64,000 nt of DNA from NCBI GenBank assembly GCA_963758715.1, contig CAVWWK010000014.1, positions 68,381-132,380 on the forward strand. Reading direction: 5' to 3'. Shown piece after piece: positions 61,300-64,000 of this stretch; position 1 is the stretch's first letter, and the number at the start of each line of letters is the position of its first letter. A program made the position numbers and the translations under genes. The stretch is from an uncultured Actinomycetes bacterium (GTDB lineage Bacteria > Actinomycetota > UBA4738 > HRBIN12). The notes beneath the pieces are model-generated. The model was not told the DNA's origin. It was given only the letters and a program-made list of their open reading frames with translations, and ran no database searches.

Positions 61300-62042
61300 G
61301 CAACACGCTCACGATCGCCCGCCGGAACCTGCTGCACATCAAGGCCACGCCCGAGCAGCTCGTCGAGATGACCATCCAGCCGCTGATGTTCCTCGTGCTG
61401 TTCGTCTACGTCTTCGGCGGCGCGATCGCCGACTCCAGCCGCGAGTACCTGCAGTTCGCGCTGCCCGGCATCCTCGTCCAGTCCGTGGCGTTCCTGCCGT
61501 TCACGACCGCGCTCGCGCTCAACACCGACTTCCAGCGGGGCGTGATCGACCGGTTCCGGTCGCTGCCCATGGCGAGGTCCTCGGTGATCGGGGGCCGCAT
61601 CCTCGCCGACGGTGTACGGATCGTGTGGAGCATCCTGATCATCACCGGGTTCGCCGTGGTGCTCGGGTTCCGCTTCGGCGGCGGGACTGCCGGCGCGCTC
61701 GGCGCGCTCGTGCTGGTCACGGCGTTCGGGATCACGCTGTGCTGGCCCATGGCGTTCATCGGCATCACGGCTCGCAGCACCGAGTCGGTGAACACGTGGG
61801 GCTTCATGATCATCCTGCCGCTCACGTTCGCGAGCTCCGCGTTCGTGGAAGTCGACACGATGCCCGGGTGGCTCCAGGCGTTCGCCGAAGTGAACCCGGT
61901 CACCGCGGCGATCGACGCGGCACGTGGGCTCATGCTCGGGGGACCGGTCGCCGAGGCGGTCACGAAGTCGGTGATCTGGATGGCGGTGATCACCGCCGTG
62001 TTCGCCCCGCTGGCGATCGCCCGCTACCGCCGCAGGGTCTAA
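61256..62042 (+). pseudogene. ABC-2 type exporter permease (DrrB-like), frame break within the first 15 codons
   Basis: ORF 61296..62042 is an intact six-TM ABC-2 permease (RRNLLHIKATPEQLVEMTIQPLMFLVLFVYVFGG...). An SD (AAAGGAAG) and an ATG at 61256 (MSAATIAPAARPH) lie upstream in another frame. Confidence 0.8.
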
Positions 62043-62267
62043 CCGGGTCGACAGGTCGGGCTCGACCACCTGTTCGCCGCCCGGAGCGTTCGCATAGTCT
62101 GCGAGGTCGCAGATGTGCTAACAAGCGGCGAGCGTCGGGCCCAGGGGTTCTCGAGCGCTCTGCAGTGAGCGGAACGCGGGGAGGGGACCCTGAGCACGAA
62201 GCCTGGTGGTGGGGCTCGGCCCGAGGAGGCGACACAGACCGAGGCGTCGGTCGTGCCCGGGCTGGGC

Positions 62268-63954
62268 ATGGTGCGCGGCTACCGGCGGGAGTGGTTGCCG
62301 AAGGACCTGGTCGCCGGCCTGATCCTGACGGCCTTGCTCGTGCCGCAGGGCATGGCATACGCAGAGCTGGCAGGACTCCCGGCGATCACCGGCCTGTACA
62401 CGTCGATCATGTGCCTGCTGGGCTACGCGGTGTTCGGGCCGTCGAAGATCCTGGTGCTGGGGCCGGACTCGTCGCTGGGCCCGATGATCGCGGCGACGTT
62501 GGCGCCGCTGCTGCTCGCCGACGGCGATCCCGCCCGCGCGGTGGCGCTCGCCTCCATGCTCGCGCTGGTCGTCGGCGCCGTGATGATCCTGGCAGGCGTG
62601 TTGAAGCTGGGATTCCTGGCCGATCTGCTGTCCAAGCCCACACAGATCGGCTACATGAACGGTCTCGCGCTCACGATCCTTGTCGGCCAGCTGCCCAAGC
62701 TGCTGGGCTTCTCGGTCGACGCCGACGGCCTGATCGACGAGGCCATCGCCTTCGTCGAAGGCGTGGCGGCGGGCGACGTCGTCGGCGCCGCCGCCGCGAT
62801 CGGCGTCGGCTCCCTGGTGTTGATCCTGGCCCTGCAGCGTGCGCTGCCGAAGATCCCCGCGGTGCTGATCGCCGTGGTGCTCGCGATCCTCGCGGTCAAC
62901 GTCTTCGACCTTGCCGAAGAAGGGGTGTCGGTGGTCGGGTCGCTGCCACAGGGATTCCCGCCGTTCACGATCCCCGATGTCTCGATCACGGACGTCGCGC
63001 AGCTCGTCCCGGGCGCGCTGGGGATCGCGCTGGTCGCACTCGTCGACACGATCTCGACCGCCTCGGCGTTCGCCTCCCGGCGCGGGCCAGCGGGTGCATG
63101 GCAGCCAGGAGATGATCGGCATCGGCGCGTCCAACGTCGCGGCGGGGATGTTCCAGGGGTTCCCGGTGAGCACGAGCGGCTCGCGGACGGCGGTCGCCGA
63201 GCAGGCGGGCGCCAAGACCCAGCTCACGGGCGTCGTCGGCGCCGTCGCGATCACGCTCATCCTGCTGCTGGTGCCCGGACTGCTGAAGAACCTGCCGCAG
63301 CCGACCCTGGCCGCCGTGGTCATCGCGGCTTCGCTCTCGCTCGCCGACATCCCCGCCACGATCCGCCTGTGGAAACAGCGGCGGACCGAATTCTGGCTGT
63401 CGATCGCTGCCTTCCTGGGAGTCGCGATCCTCGGGGTGCTGCCGGGCATCGGCATCGCGGTCGTGTTGTCGATCCTCAACGTGTTCCGCAGGGCGTGGTG
63501 GCCGTACCAGGCGACGCTCGGCCGCGTCGACGGGCTCCCCGGCTACCACGACACACGGTCGTATCCCGACGCCGAGCTCATGGACGACCTCGTGATCTAC
63601 CGCTTCGACGCTCCGCTGATCTTCGCGAACGCGCGCACGTTCCGAGAGGAGGTCGAGGAGCTCGTTCACACGCGGCCGAACCTGCGATGGATCGTGGTGG
63701 CCGCCGAGCCGATCACCGACGTCGACACCACCGCCGCCGACATGCTGGAGGAGCTGGACGAGGAGCTGAACGCCCGCGAGATCTCATTGGTGTTCGCCGA
63801 GATGAAGGATCCCGTCCGGCGCAAGATCGAGCGCTACGAGTTGACACGCACGATCGACCCGGGCCATTTCTACCCCACCTTGGAAGCCGCGATCACCGCG
63901 TTCCAGGCCGAGACCGGGCGCACGTGGAAGCCACCGGGAGGAGACCGAACATGA
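62268..63954 (+). pseudogene. SulP-family anion transporter with C-terminal STAS domain, one frame break near 63085
   Basis: The N-terminal frame reads YRREWLPKDLVAGLILTALLVPQGMAYAELAGLP...GPDSSLGPM.... It continues in ORF 62911..63954 (...EMIGIGASNVAAGMFQGFPVSTSGSRTAV..., then the STAS domain VIYRFDAPLIFANARTF...SLVFAEMKDPVRRKIERYEL). The start may be the GTG at 62253 or the ATG at 62268. Confidence 0.8.
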
Positions 63955-64000
63955 CGAACGGATCCGCACCGAACGCCCGGCGGCGCGTCGCCGCACTGGC
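63951..64000 (+). CDS. 5' end of an unidentified gene (runs off the right edge)
   Basis: The ATG at 63951 overlaps the SulP stop (ATGA). Only MTNGSAPNARRRVAAL is visible. Confidence 0.3.
   Translation, partial: MTNGSAPNARRRVAAL

Overview
High-GC (roughly 70% by eye, not computed) Actinomycetota-like chromosomal segment with about 60 protein genes and one tRNA-Ser(GCT). I saw no rRNA, CRISPR array, transposase or integrase.

Gene order, left to right:
- hemA 5' end, an FAD oxidoreductase, tRNA-Ser and a CocE-type hydrolase.
- A five-gene Dpp/Opp-type peptide ABC importer (3.5-9.8 kb).
- An acyl-CoA style catabolic cluster (9.9-19.5 kb): FAH, ABM monooxygenase, MFS, amidohydrolase, crotonase, SDR, HMGL-like lyase, family III CoA-transferase, split MaoC hydratase and MarR.
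- An endonuclease-V-like gene, hbd plus crotonase, and an MFS exporter.
- A patch of gene remnants (23.9-25.4 kb).
- Two two-component systems, a STAS/RsbW-like partner-switching pair, several secreted or lipoprotein genes, an envelope-redox cluster, a WYL regulator with a DrrAB-like exporter, and a SulP transporter.

The outstanding feature is a family of three giant (about 1,680 codon) minus-strand paralogs at 26407-31450, 40418-45440 and 46199-51308. Each fuses five parts in order:
- a SARP-type winged-helix plus BTAD;
- a degenerate Ser/Thr-kinase-like domain;
- a P-loop STAND-type NTPase;
- one hydrophobic helix;
- a WD40 propeller ending in a conserved two-cysteine tail.
Two orphan 3' remnants of the same gene family also occur (25062-25140 and 39107-39446). 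A vapBC toxin-antitoxin pair sits between two of the paralogs.

Major caveat: roughly 60% of the genes have broken reading frames as given. The cause is mostly frameshifts, plus one in-frame TGA, and the breaks are very unevenly distributed. I call these genes 'pseudogene' because the literal sequence cannot encode the full protein. Uncorrected indel sequencing error is an equally good explanation and cannot be excluded from one sequence. All gene joins, frameshift positions and domain calls come from reading the translations by eye. No database search was run.
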